A stretch of 64,000 nt of DNA from Octopus vulgaris (Eukaryota): positions 34,782,001 through 34,846,000 of the forward strand of contig OX597839.1 of NCBI GenBank assembly GCA_951406725.2, written 5' to 3'. The first letter of the stretch is position 1; each line of letters opens with the position of its first letter. The position numbers were made by a program, and so were the translations under genes. Shown in pieces: positions 51,490 through 62,533 of this stretch. The notes beneath the pieces were generated by a model. It did not search any database, had not been told where the DNA came from, and worked only from the letters and a program-made list of their open reading frames with translations.

Positions 51490-53236
51490 GTAGATAGATA
51501 GGTAGATAGATAGATGATAGATAGACAGACAGAGATAGATAATTAGATAGATAGATAGATAAATGGATGGATGGATAGATAGATAGATAGATAGATAGAT
51601 AGGTAGATAGACAGATAGGTAGATAGATAGGTAGATAGATGATAGATAGACAGACAGAGATAGATAGATAGATAATTAGATAGATGGATAGATAGGTAGA
51701 TAGACAGATAGATAGACAGACAGACAGAGATAGATAGATAAATAGATGGATGGATAGATAGACAGATAGATAGAAAGATAAATAGGTAGATAGATAGAGA
51801 GAGAGAGAGAGAAATAAATAGACAGATAATCTAATCTTCCCAGACTACTTCGAGATATTGGTCGATCGCACAATCAAGTAGAAATAGCAGCCAAATCTTA
51901 CTGAAATAACATCTCACTGTATTAAAACAGGAAGGACAACGTTAGATATAATATACGCCTGTGGCCACAACATATTTAAAAAGAAAAGGTAAATAAACAA
52001 GGATGGGCGTGGCTGGAAGGTCTTTTTCATCAAGTCTGTTCGATTAACACAGGCCTGGACCAACGACAACAACAATAATAATAACTTGTTGAGGTAAATG
52101 AGAGGGAGCCTGGATGTGGTTGTTTGGTTTGCTAAAAGTAGCAGCCATATCCCACTTTTATGAAACAGGGAAGGACACACATTGGATAATAAAGGTAGTC
52201 ATGGATACAGATTGCCTACATGTGTGTGTGTGTGTGTGTGTGAGCATAAATGATGGGATGGTTAAGGTTTGGATGTCGACTGAAGCAGGGCTGACCTGGG
52301 GCTGAAGGAACGACACCGCCCCATGTGTGTGTGTGTGTGCATGAGAGAAAGATAGATAGATAGAGAGAGAGAGGATGGATAGAAAGCGGGGAAGATAGAT
52401 AGATAGATAAATATATGGATAGAAAGAAAGAAACAGCGATAAACAACAAATAGATTGATAGCGGGAAAGAGAGAGAGAGGGAAATAGGCAGAAAGACAAA
52501 AAGATAGAGAGAGAGAGACAGATAGATACATATATATAGAGAGAGAGAGAAGGGTTAAGAGAGACAGATAGATACACAGAGAGAGATAAATAGATACATA
52601 GAGAGAGAGGCAAATAAATAGATACATAAACAGAGAGAGAGAAAGGTTAAGAGAAACAGATAGATAGATACACAGAGAGAGAGAGACAGATAGATACATA
52701 GAGAGAGAAGGGTTAAGAGAGACAGATACTACATAGAGAGAGACAAATACATAAATAGATACATAGAGAAAAAGACAAATAGATATAGATACATAGAGAG
52801 AGAAGGTTTAAGAGAGACAGATAGATACAAAGAGAGATAAATAGATAGAGAGAGAGAAGGTTAAGAGAGATAGATAGATACACAGAGAGAGAGAAGGGTT
52901 AAGAGAGATAGATAGATACAGAGAGAGACAGATAGATACATAGAGAGAGAGGCAAATAAATAGATACATAAACAGAGAGAGAGAAGGGTTAAGAGAGACA
53001 GATAGATAGATACATAGACAGAGAGGGTGGACGAAATGGAAACGGTTATTGTGAATTTCAAGTGTTACCTTGTTCATGATCCTGTGTAGGGTTTCGTCCA
53101 GGTGCCGTTCGTTGGTTCGGCGACGACCTGTCGGCAACCAGAAACCATTCTGTTTATGGTTTACCAAGAGGAACCTTCCGTCGGTCACCCTCGCCGCCAA
53201 AATACTGACGATTTGTGAGGATCTGGTGGCAGACAT
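11445..53236 (-). CDS. 19-exon gene, 787 aa: pseudo-Nudix + NCS/calcineurin-B-like EF-hand module + PPP-family Ser/Thr protein phosphatase (uncharacterised architecture)
   Basis: Manual splicing gives 19 exons totalling 2364 nt with GT-AG junctions and matching phases, ATG at 53236 and TGA at 11445-11447. PPP motifs GDIHG, GDYVDRG, RGNHE, HGG, WNDP, RAHE and FSSSRYC occur in canonical order. Confidence 0.92.
11823..11872 (-). ncRNA. G3-C8 hammerhead-like motif in intron 18, sense to the gene (mirror copy at 11902-11951 on +)
   Basis: Same family and fold as 2300-2350. Confidence 0.65.
12060..12480 (-). mobile_element. tRNA-headed, hammerhead-bearing element with partial inverted duplication
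   Basis: Head 12243-12310 has A box TGGCGTATTGG and B box GTTCGATTCC, then an (AAC)n linker and a hammerhead. Inverted copy at 12311-12480, (TA)n flanks. Confidence 0.75.
12128..12173 (-). ncRNA. Type I hammerhead inside a tRNA-headed element in intron 18
   Basis: GACAC-CTGATGA-a-GGCTG gagggtatat CAGCC-GAAA TA TT-GTGTT. AUU site. Confidence 0.75.
13105..13282 (-). CDS. Exon 18 (RRG and IRAHE)
   Basis: [60 protein letters not shown]. 178 nt, phase 2-0. Confidence 0.96.
13340..13930 (+). mobile_element. CR1/L2-like LINE 3' fragment
   Basis: Peptide [20 protein letters not shown]...NTRGH resembles the CR1 ORF2 C-terminus. A related decayed piece lies on minus at about 19345-19935. Confidence 0.8.
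15637..15779 (-). CDS. Exon 17 (HGG and WNDP)
   Basis: [47 protein letters not shown]. 143 nt, phase 0-2. Confidence 0.96.
17222..17324 (-). CDS. Exon 16
   Basis: [35 protein letters not shown]. 103 nt, phase 2-0. Confidence 0.95.
18103..18209 (-). CDS. Exon 15 (PPP motif RGNHE)
   Basis: [35 protein letters not shown]. 107 nt, phase 0-2. Confidence 0.96.
20510..20640 (-). CDS. Exon 14 (PPP motifs GDIHG and GDYVDRG)
   Basis: [44 protein letters not shown]. 131 nt, phase 1-0. Confidence 0.96.
21235..21735 (+). mobile_element. Repeat family C with (GAT)n tail and internal ~57-60-bp tandem units (also about 25490-25845, 28990-29355, 43915-44275, 45140-45540, 46880-47340, 60775-61135)
   Basis: Shared GTGGCACGTAAAAAGCACC units and 3' GGAAGGGCATCCAGC...CCAACCCATGCTAGCATGGAA...GATGATGAT. 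Confidence 0.85.
21790..21922 (-). CDS. Exon 13 (start of PPP catalytic domain)
   Basis: [44 protein letters not shown], comparable to the PP1 segment before GDIHG. 133 nt, phase 0-1. Confidence 0.92.
22650..22730 (-). CDS. Exon 12
   Basis: [27 protein letters not shown]. 81 nt, phase 0-0 using donor GTAGGT. Confidence 0.85.
23125..23500 (+). mobile_element. Decayed RTE-clade reverse transcriptase fragment
   Basis: [34 protein letters not shown], with upstream stops. Confidence 0.85.
24556..24647 (-). CDS. Exon 11
   Basis: [31 protein letters not shown]. 92 nt, phase 1-0. Confidence 0.87.
25953..26102 (-). CDS. Exon 10
   Basis: [50 protein letters not shown]. 150 nt, phase 1-1. Confidence 0.88.
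26641..26675 (+). ncRNA. Minimal hammerhead, U4C variant
   Basis: GTTT-CCGACGA-a-GAG gtctg CTC-GAAAC GTT-AAAC. Palindromic ACGT stem III, GUU site. Confidence 0.72.
28017..28078 (-). CDS. Exon 9 (polar linker)
   Basis: [21 protein letters not shown]. 62 nt, phase 2-1, needed to reconcile the phases of exons 8 and 10. Donor GTGAGT. Confidence 0.82.
28110..28660 (+). mobile_element. RTE (BovB-like) LINE 3' fragment with open frame; second copy at about 30733-31095
   Basis: [13 protein letters not shown]...[15 protein letters not shown]...YFGHIM...[11 protein letters not shown], followed by a short simple-repeat tail. Confidence 0.93.
29517..29660 (-). CDS. Exon 8 (EF4-like and following segment)
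   Basis: [48 protein letters not shown]. 144 nt, phase 2-2, donor GTAAGA. Confidence 0.88.
31815..31898 (-). CDS. Exon 7
   Basis: [28 protein letters not shown]. 84 nt, phase 2-2, acceptor ttccag, donor GTAAAC. Confidence 0.87.
33157..33330 (-). CDS. Exon 6 (EF2/EF3-like hands)
   Basis: [58 protein letters not shown]. 174 nt, phase 2-2. Confidence 0.9.
33884..34009 (-). ncRNA. Type I hammerhead with long (~90 nt) loop II in intron 5, sense to the gene
   Basis: ATCT-CTGATGA-GGCCT...AGGCT-GAAAC AGCT GTA-AGAT. Palindromic ACAGCTGT stem III, GUA site. Confidence 0.75.
34511..34634 (-). CDS. Exon 5 (EF-hand module, EF1-like)
   Basis: [41 protein letters not shown]. 124 nt, phase 1-2. Confidence 0.88.
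34724..35082. repeat. Tandem duplication of a ~179-bp segment in intron 4
   Basis: Near-identical copies start at 34724 and 34903. Confidence 0.9.
35930..36037 (-). CDS. Exon 4
   Basis: Acceptor ttccag, [36 protein letters not shown], donor GTTTGT. 108 nt, phase 1-1. Confidence 0.85.
36244..36358 (-). CDS. Exon 3 (end of Nudix-like domain)
   Basis: Acceptor tttcag, [38 protein letters not shown], donor GTATTT. WFSLEEL is typical of Nudix C-terminal strands. 115 nt, phase 0-1. Confidence 0.85.
38011..38151 (-). CDS. Exon 2 (Nudix-like)
   Basis: Acceptor tttcag, [47 protein letters not shown], donor GTGAGT. 141 nt, phase 0-0. Confidence 0.85.
38935..39806. mobile_element. Tandem array of a piggyBac-type MITE, 253-bp period (also about 45107-46248, 35250-35825, 20793-20910, 25325-25912)
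   Basis: Units bounded by TTAA-CCCTTT...AAAGGG-TTAA. Identical ORFs at 38979 and 39232 are exactly 253 bp apart. Confidence 0.8.
40981..41110 (-). mobile_element. Old LINE ORF2 C-terminal relic
   Basis: [33 protein letters not shown], with stops. Confidence 0.7.
42426..42840. repeat. Compound (CTA/CTG/CTT)n trinucleotide repeat
   Basis: Direct reading; explains the poly-L/Y/S pseudo-ORFs. Confidence 0.97.
44406..44440 (-). ncRNA. Hammerhead of the 26641 family with a non-cleavable GUG site
   Basis: ATTT-CTGATGA-a-GAGC tct GCTC-GAAAC GTG-AAAT. Confidence 0.65.
48821..49092. mobile_element. MITE with CpG-rich imperfect TIRs
   Basis: GTACTACTTAAGAAG / CTTCTTAAATAGTAC, and inner CTAGTCGTGACTAGTCGATCCT / AGGATCGACTAGTCGCGACTAG. 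Confidence 0.75.
49271..49646. mobile_element. MITE with ~90-bp TIRs
   Basis: GGCGATCTTTCGTCTCTAGTAGACCTTTCCGTCG... mirrored by ...CGACGGAAAGGTCTACTAAAGACGAAAGATTGCC. Confidence 0.88.
50767..51092. mobile_element. MITE with ~30-bp TIRs
   Basis: ACTTTGTTTCCTCATAACTTTCTTT / AAAGAAAGTTATGAGGAAACAAAGT. Confidence 0.75.
51390..51830. repeat. (GATA)n microsatellite (others at 55575-55655 and 58545-58870)
   Basis: Direct reading. Confidence 0.95.
53069..53236 (-). CDS. Exon 1 (aa 1-56), first half of Nudix-like domain
   Basis: [56 protein letters not shown], then donor GTAAC (phase 0). Joins exon 2 in frame to give a Nudix-box-like G-x5-E...R...G. Confidence 0.8.
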
Positions 53237-53429
53237 CGCTCCAGGATGCCTCCCCAATTAACTACGGCAACTCTAGGTTATTTGTCGTTAATTGGATATC
53301 GGGGTTTAATTAATCCCTTTTCCCCTTTCGTCAACGTCCACTTTTTCTGTCTCTGTTACTCTTCCTCTGTAGTTCTGTAGTTCGCCATGCTTGATGTGTG
53401 TGTGTGTGTGTGTTTTAAGTATGCCTTAG

Positions 53430-54130
53430 TGCGTGTGTGTGTATCTCTGTGTGTGTCTGTATCTGTGTGCGGGAGGTTAAGTGTGTATGTATATGTGTAT
53501 CTGAGTGTGTGTTTGAGTATGCCTCAGTGTGTGTGTGCGTGATTTAAGTGTGTATGTATATATATATATGTATCTGTGTGTGTGTTTATCTGTATCTGTG
53601 TGCGTGAGTTTAAGTATGCCTCAGTGCGTGTGTGTGTGTGTCTGTATCTGTGTGCGGGAGGTTAAGTGTGTACGTATATGTATATCTGTGTGTGTGTTTA
53701 AGTATGTCTCAGTGTGTGTGTGTATGTCTCTGTGTGCGGGAGGTTAAGTGTGTATGTATATATATATATATATATATATATACGTATCTGTGTGTGCGTG
53801 AGTTTAAGTGTGTACGTATATGTGTATCTGTGTGTGTGTGCGTGAGTTTAAGTGTGTACGTATATGTGTATCTGTGTGTGTGTGCGTGAGTTTAAGTGTG
53901 TACGTATATGTGTATCTGTGTGTGTGTGCGTGAGTTTAAGTGTGTACGTATATGTGTATCTGTGTGTGTGTCTCTGTGTGCGTGAGTTTAAGTGTGTACG
54001 TATATACGTATCTGTGTGTGTGTTTGTCTGTATCTGTGTGCGTGAGTTTAAGTGTGTATGTATATATATATGTGTATCTGTGTGTGTGTTTGAGTATGGG
54101 CAGTGTGTGTATGCGTTTGAGTGTGTCTGT
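53430..54130. repeat. TG-rich ~40-bp minisatellite just upstream of exon 1
   Basis: Recurring unit gtgcgtgagtttaagtgtgtacgtatatgtgtatctgtgt. Confidence 0.9.
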
Positions 54131-54815
54131 GCGAGTCTATATCTATGTGCGTGCGTTTAAGTGTGCATGTATGTGTGTGTCTATATATATATAAATATAG
54201 GTGTGTCCGTGCGTGTGTATGTTATGCGTAAGTGTGTCTATGTGCGTGTTTAAGTGTATGTTTATGTGCGCCTGTGTGTTCAAGTATGCGTCTGCGTGCG
54301 TGTGTTTAAATGTGTGTCTGTGTGTGTGTGTGTTATGTGTAAGTGTTTATGTTTGTGTCTCTATGCGTGTATTTCAGTGAAGTATGTGTGTGTGCGTGTG
54401 TATAAAGTGCATATGTGTATGTGTACGTTTTAGTGTGTGTGTGTGTGCCTGATTATCATGACTATTTCAGTGTATGTATATATGTGTGTGTGTGTTTATA
54501 TATTTATATATTTCACGTCGCACCTGTATATCTGCGCTTCAGTATTTAATACAAACACACACATACATACACGCACATACGTATGTATGTTTGTGTATAT
54601 ATATTACTTGTTTCTGTCATTCGACTGCGGCCATGCTGGAGCACTGGCTTTAGTCGAACCAGTCGACCCTTGGACTTATTCTTTGCAAGCTTAGTAATTA
54701 TTCTATCGCTCAATTTTTGCAGAACGGCTAAGTTACGCGACGTAAACACACCAACATCGGTGTCAAGCGATGGTGAGGGACAAACACAGACACACAAATA
54801 CATATACATACATAC

Positions 54816-54888
<73 letters not shown>

Positions 54889-54915
54889 CATATATATATA
54901 CACGTATATATATAC

Positions 54916-55045
<130 letters not shown>

Positions 55046-55196
55046 GATGGGCTTTTTCAGTTTCCGTTTAGCACAAATCCACTCACAAGGCTTTGGTCGG
55101 CCCGGGGCTATAGTAGAAGACACTTGCCCGGGTTGCCACGCAGTGGGACTGAACCCGGAACCATGTGGTTGGGAAGCTGCAACATTATCCCATGAC

Positions 55197-55232
55197 CGTT
55201 ACTCGGAGTTTCGCGTTCTCGTTCATCGGACA
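55197..55232 (-). ncRNA. Decayed hammerhead related to the 9356 family
   Basis: TGT-CCGATGA-acg agaa cgc-GAAAC TCCGA GTA-ACG. Confidence 0.55.
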
Positions 55233-55306
55233 TCCTTTGCTAACCGAGTTCTATTTTTTTCCCCACCTTGGTTTGCGCTTACGAGCTCACCTCTATGCGT
55301 GTGTGC

Positions 55307-55340
<34 letters not shown>

Positions 55341-55503
55341 GTCTGTGTGTGTGTGTGCGTAGTTTATTATTTTAACTGGCAGAAGTTCAAAGAGCTAAGA
55401 GTTTCTTGTATGATATTTATCATACACGCATACATATACGTACTTATATGCACCGACATATATCTAAATACACGCACCTACACATCGCCCTATTTATTAA
55501 ATC

Positions 55504-55575
<72 letters not shown>

Positions 55576-55622
55576 GATAGATAGATAGATAGACAGAGAT
55601 AGATAGACAGAGATAGATAGAT

Positions 55623-55653
<31 letters not shown>

Positions 55654-57543
55654 CACATACAGCTTCATTAATCTCATCACACACACAAAGATTATCTATC
55701 TATCTATAAGTAGGTCTAATTGGTTTATTTTTATATCTTATTTTTCCCATTTTATTTTATATTCTAATGGTGAGGCAGTAATATTGTTATCTGCGAACTG
55801 TTTCGGTTATTTATGCGTATATAACAACAAAATTATCTCGACACAACATTTAAGTAGGATGCAAGGAAAATAGCAACAACGTTGAATAACTTGCGACTTA
55901 TAATTAATAATAATTGTTATTCCACAGGAAGAAAAGTAATTGGCATAGAATTTAACCCGCCGCTTTTAAAACTTCGAATTTTCGTTAAGTCCCGCCCAAC
56001 TGAAACATACGTAGGTGTGTATGGTTATGTATGTATATGTGTGTGTATATGTGTCGCCATAGATATAAATAAATATTTATTTATCTCTCTTTCTCTCTCT
56101 CTCACTGAATACGTGAATATGAATATATATATATGTATATATATATATTCTGTCATTGCACTGCGGCTATGCTGGGGCACCGTCCTGATGCGTTTTGTCG
56201 AAGAAATCGAACCCCGATGCTTGTTATTTTTTAAGCCTGGGACGTATTAGGCGCAGGAGTGGCTATGTGGTAAGTAGCTTGCTTACCAACCACATGGTTC
56301 TGGGTTCAGTCCCACTGCGTGGCACCTTGGGCAAGTGTCTTCTACTATAGCCTCGGGCCGACCAAAGCCTTGTGAGTGGATTTGGTAGACGGAAACTAAA
56401 AAGAAGCCCGTCGTATATATATTTATATATATATATATATATGTATGTATGTGTGTGTGTCTGTGTTTGTCCCCCCAACATCGCTTGACAATCGATGCTG
56501 GTGTGTTTACGTCCCTGTAACTTAGTGGTTCGGCAAAAGAGACCGATAGAATAAGTACTAGGCTTACAGAGAATAAGTCCTAGGGCCGATTTGCTCGACT
56601 AAAGGCGGTGCTCCAGCATGGCCGCAGTCAAATGACTGAAACAAGTAAAAGAGGTAAAGAGTATTCTATTGACAGCATTTGCCGAACCGCTATGTAAAGA
56701 GTAAGTAAACAAACCAACACTATCAAGCGGTGGTGGAAGACAAACACGATCGCACACGTACACATACACACACACAGGTGCAGGCGTGGCTTTGTGGTAA
56801 GAAGCTGGTTTGTTAACCATATGATTCCAGGTTCAGTCCCACTGTGTGGAACCTTGGGCATGTGTCTAATACCATAGCCTCGGGCCTATCAAAGCCTTGT
56901 GAGTGAATCTGGTAGACGGAAACTGAAAGAAACCCATCATATACATACATACATACATATATGTATATACTTTATAATTAGGGTTCAGCAAAGATTTGCT
57001 TTACCACATACCGAACTTTAGAAATAGCAGCCAAAAACTTTAGCTATTTCTTCTACTTTAAAAAAGGGACTCCCAGAAAAACCAAAATACTTGAAAGCAA
57101 TCCACACAGGCAGAGAGGAAAAGTAACGAAAATCAATCAATATCTGACCTTTTTAAAGTAGAAGAAATAGCTAAGGTTTTTGGCTGCTATTTCTAAACTT
57201 CGGTATGTGGTAAAGCAAATCTTTGCTGAACCCTAATTATTAAGTATTACTTAAGCTTACCATGAAATGGTCTTTTTTATGCTGAATTCTACGAACAAAT
57301 TGCGTAATCTGCTGATAGTGAAACATTGATTGATTCTAGTTTCAGCTCATGAGCTGTGGCCATGCTGGGGCACCGCCATTAACATGCTTATGATTAATCT
57401 ATATTTTTGTTACTTTACATTTGTGTTGCTTGCTTATGTTCTGGTGTTTGCTAAATTTTCTAGAGAACATTTCTTAGTGGTAAGACCATAGCGGATCTAC
57501 TTCTAGCATAAGGGTTGCCCACATAGTGGTCATCCCTCTCATA

Positions 57544-57574
<31 letters not shown>

Positions 57575-57785
57575 CTGTATTCACTGCATTTTTTGTAGCT
57601 TATTAAAGATGTCCTCGTACGAAACGATCGTACCGAGATTTTAATCCATTCTTGTTGCTTTTTTCCTATTTGTAATCACCCCACTTGTCGTATGGTTAAC
57701 ACCATATAGATTTCCGGTGCATCCTGGTTAAGGACCATATTCATGTGAATTCTTTAGAATTCACTTGAATCTCAATTACTTAACC

Positions 57786-57836
<51 letters not shown>

Positions 57837-58360
57837 CATACATATATGTATGGTCGGTCCGGGGCTATAGCAGAAGACACTTGCCCAAGATGCCACGCAG
57901 TGGGATTGAACCCGGAACCATGTGGTTGGTTAGCAAGCTACTTACCACACAGCCACTCCTGCGCCTATCTCATTTGTTTATCTGCATAATTGTCTGTCTG
58001 TTTTTCCATCCTTGTTTTTGTATACATTTGATGCTTTTTTTCCAAGGAATCTAATGCTTTTGGCTTAGTTTTTCCTTGGGGCTGGCCAGATTGGAGCAAT
58101 CTCAAGATTAATCAGCCAAAATTGTGAGGATGATCCGGTTCTTGACTGAAGATAAAAGGCTTCAAATGACCCGTCCTTGTTTTCTTTGTGTCGTCTATCT
58201 GGATGTTTTATTGTCACCTTTTGTATCACTTAGTTGTCCGGATGTTTTGCATTCTTGTCCCATTTTGTATTTTATATACACACACACACACACACATATA
58301 TATATGTATATATATATATGTATATATATATATACATATATATACATATATATATATAAC

Positions 58361-58401
<41 letters not shown>

Positions 58402-58668
58402 TATACATGATGGACTTCTTTCAGTTTCCGTCTACTAAATCCACCCATGTTTTGGTCAGCATAAGGGTATAGTAGAGGACAATGGCCTAAGGTCCCACAA
58501 AGGGGGACTGAACCTGGAACCATGTGACTCGGAAGCAAACCTCTTAGACAGGTAGACAGACAGACAGGTAGATAGATTGATAGACAGGTAGACAGACAGA
58601 CAGACAGACAGATAGATAGACAGGTAGACAGACAGGTAGATAGATAGATAGATAGATTGATAGACAGG

Positions 58669-58700
<32 letters not shown>

Positions 58701-58737
58701 CAGATAGATAGATAGATAGATAGATAGGTAGGTAGAC

Positions 58738-58776
<39 letters not shown>

Positions 58777-60707
58777 CAGGTAGATAGATAGGTAGGTGGG
58801 TAGGTATACAGATAGACAGACAGACAGATAGATAGATAGATAGATAGATAGATAGGTAGATAGATAGATATACTGACAGACACACAGATAAATAAAGTGT
58901 GCTTGTTCATGTGTGAATAAATAAATAAGTATTGGTACCATATCTGTGCATTATTATTTTAGAGGTATTTCTTTTAGTTTAGTTTTTGCTAAATTATGCA
59001 CAAGGCACTTAGACCTAAAGAATTCCAACTTTCTCGAGTCTAAGTGCTTTGACTATGGGAGGTGAGGTTCGACAATTGTCATACTGGCAACAGCTTTTGA
59101 ACCCCAAACATGACTCCATGACTGAGTTCTTATCACCAGACAATAAATTTGTCCTCATTTCATGAATGGTTTAAGTCAGAGTTGGAAAATTCTTGAATCT
59201 AGAGATTATCTCCCCTTGTTACACACAGCTAGTCTTAATTGCCATTTGATAATTAACATGCCGGAGTGGCTGTGTGGTAAGTAGCTTGCTTACCAACCCA
59301 CATGGTTCTGGGTTCAGTCCCACTGCGTGGCACCTTGGGCAAGTGTCTTCTGCTATAGCCTCGGGCCGACCAAAGCCTTGTGAGTGGATTTGGTAGACGG
59401 AAACTGAAAGAAGCCCGTCGTATATATATATGTGTGTGTGTGTGTGTGTATGTTTGTGTGTCTGTGTTTGTCCCCCCAACATCGCTTGACAACCGATGCT
59501 GGTGTGTTTACGTCCCCGTTACTTAGCGGTTCAGCAAAAGAGAACAATAGAATAAGTACTAGGCTTACAAAGAATAAGTCCTGGGGGTCGATTTGCTCGA
59601 CTAAAGGTGGTGCTCCAGCATGGCCACAGTCAAATGACTGAAACAAGTAAAAGAGTAAGGAGTGGCTGTGTGGTAAGTAGCTTGTTTACCAACCACATGG
59701 TTCCAGGTTCAGTCCCATTGCATGGCATCTTGGGCAAGTGTCTTCTGCTATAGCCTCGGGCCGACCAAAGCCTTGTGAGTGGATTTGGTAGACGGAAACT
59801 GAAAGAAGCCCATCGTATATATGTATATATATGTATGTGTGTCTGTGTTTGTCCCCCTAGCATTGCTTGACAACTGATGCTGGTGTGTTCACGTCCCCGT
59901 AACTTAGCGGTTCGGCAAAAAGAGACCGATAGAATAAGTGCTAGGCTTACAAAGAATAAGTCCTGGGAGTCGATTTCCTCGACTAAAGGCGGTGCTCCAG
60001 CATGGCCACAGTCAAATGACTGAAACAAGTAAAAGAGTAAAGAACATTTCAAGAATGGCATGTCAGAGTTGGAGACTTTTTGAATCTAGAGATTATCTCC
60101 CCTCGTTACACACAGCTAGCCTTAATTGCCATTTGATAATTAACATGCAAAGAGATTACTTTTAGGAAAAAAATTCCAAGAATGAATGTTGTTTGGTATT
60201 TGATGTACCTTTATTTGAAGGCACGTGGCTTAGTGGTTAGGGGCATTCGGCTCATGATCGTGAGGTTGTGAGTTCAATTCCCTGTGATGCGTTGTGTCCT
60301 TGAGCAAGACACTTTATTTCACATTGCTCCGATCCACTCACCTGGCAAAAATGAGTTGTACCTGGATTTCAAAGGGGCCAGCCTTGTCACTCTCTGTGTC
60401 ACGCTGAATCTCCCCGAGAACTACGTTAAGGGTACACATGTCTGTGGAATACTCATCCACTTGCATCTTTATCTTTATCTTTTACTTGTTTCAGTCATTT
60501 GACTGCGGCCATGCTGGAGCACCGCCTTTAGTCGAGCAAATCTACCCCAGGACTTATTCTTTGTAAGCCCAGTACTTATTCTATCGGTCTCTTCTTGCCG
60601 AACCGCTAAGTTACGGGGACGTAAACACACCAGCATTGGTTGTCAAGCAATGCTAGGTGTCAAACACAGACACACAAACACATACACACACATACATATA
60701 TATATAC

Positions 60708-60773
<66 letters not shown>

Positions 60774-61307
60774 GAAATCGAATTGAACCAGCCAGGATCC
60801 CTGGTCTGGTGGTACGTAAAAAGCACTATCCAACTCGTGGCCGAAGCCAGTGCCGCCTCGTCTGGCTTCCGTGCCGGTGGCACATAAAATACACCAATCC
60901 GACCTTGGCCGTTGCCAGCCTCGCCTGGCACCTGTGCAGGTGGCACGTAAAAAGCACCCACTACACTCACGGAGTGGTTGGCGTTAGGAAGGGCATCCAG
61001 CTGTAGAAACACTGCCAGATCAGACTGGAGCCTGGTGCAGCCTTCTGGATTCCCAGAACCCCGGTCGAACCGTCCAACCCATGCTAGCATGGAGAACAGA
61101 CGTTAAACGATGATGATGATGATGATGATGATGATAGCAAAACAATTTAGATTCAAATGAATATGGTACTTAACTTAGATGCACCAGAATTTTTTTATGG
61201 TATTACCCATAAAATTATGTGGGATGATTATAACCAAAAAATAAGCAACAAGAATGGATCAGTAGTTTACTAAACTACCGATCCATTCTTGTTGCTTATT
61301 TTTTGGT

Positions 61308-61360
<53 letters not shown>

Positions 61361-61904
61361 ACGACAGGCTTCGTTCAGTTTCCATCTACCAAATCCACTC
61401 ACAAGGCTTTGGTCGGCCCGAGGCTATAGCAGAAGACACTTGTCCAAGGTGCCACGCAATGGGACTGAACCCGGAACCATGTGGTTGGTAAGCAAGCTAC
61501 TTACCACACAGCCACTCCTGCACGTTAATTTCATGAGCAGGCTGTTCCGTTGATCGTATCAGCTGGGACCATCGTCGTCGTAACTGACGGAGTGCTCCTT
61601 TTCAATTACATACATTCATTCATACCTACACACACACATACATGACTGCAACTCAAAGCAAGAAGTCACATATTTGGCATGGGTGTCTACTTAACAAAAA
61701 TACAATGAACACAATTTCCAAATTTGAAGCCACAACTATCCCCCAGGAGTGGCTGTGGGGTAAGTAGCTTGCTTACCAACCACATGGTTCCAGCTTCAGT
61801 CCCACTGCGTGGCACCTTGGGCAAGTGTCTTCTGCTATAGCCCCGGGCCGACCAAAGCTTTGTGAGCGGATTTAGTAGATGGAAGCTGAAAGAAGCCCGA
61901 TGTA

Positions 61905-61953
<49 letters not shown>

Positions 61954-62471
61954 TTGTGTGTCTGTGTTTGTCTCCCAACAACATCGCTTGACAACTGATG
62001 CTGGTGTGTTTACGTCCCCGTAACTTAGCAATTCGGCAAAAGAGACTAATAGAATAAGTAGTAGGCTCACAAAAATAAGTCCTGGAGTCGATTTGCTCGA
62101 CTATGAAGGCAGTGCTCCAGCATGGCCGCAGTCAAATGACTGAAACAAGTAAAAGAGTAAATATATATATATATATACATACAAAATTTAAAGGACTGAC
62201 CACTAAAAGTGGATGGTGAGTATGCTAGATATAGATGTCAAAATCGCTATTTTCCACAAAGAATGGGTTCTCAAATAAAAAAACTCAGCACATTTGAGAA
62301 CACATTCTTTGTGGAAAATAGTGATTTTGACGACTATTTCTAGCATGTTGACCATCCACTTTTAGTTCGTCAGTCCTCTAAATTTGGTATGTAAAAATAT
62401 TTTAATCTTCGGATTTTTTTAATATGCTAAGCCACTGGTTTTAATTGATTAATATCAATTTCTACCCTTAT

Positions 62472-62533
<62 letters not shown>

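Noticed and set aside
57595-57640. GAAACGATCGTA hammerhead half (similar remnant near 30515)
   Set aside because: A palindromic stem III is present but the CUGANGA half is missing or too decayed to call.
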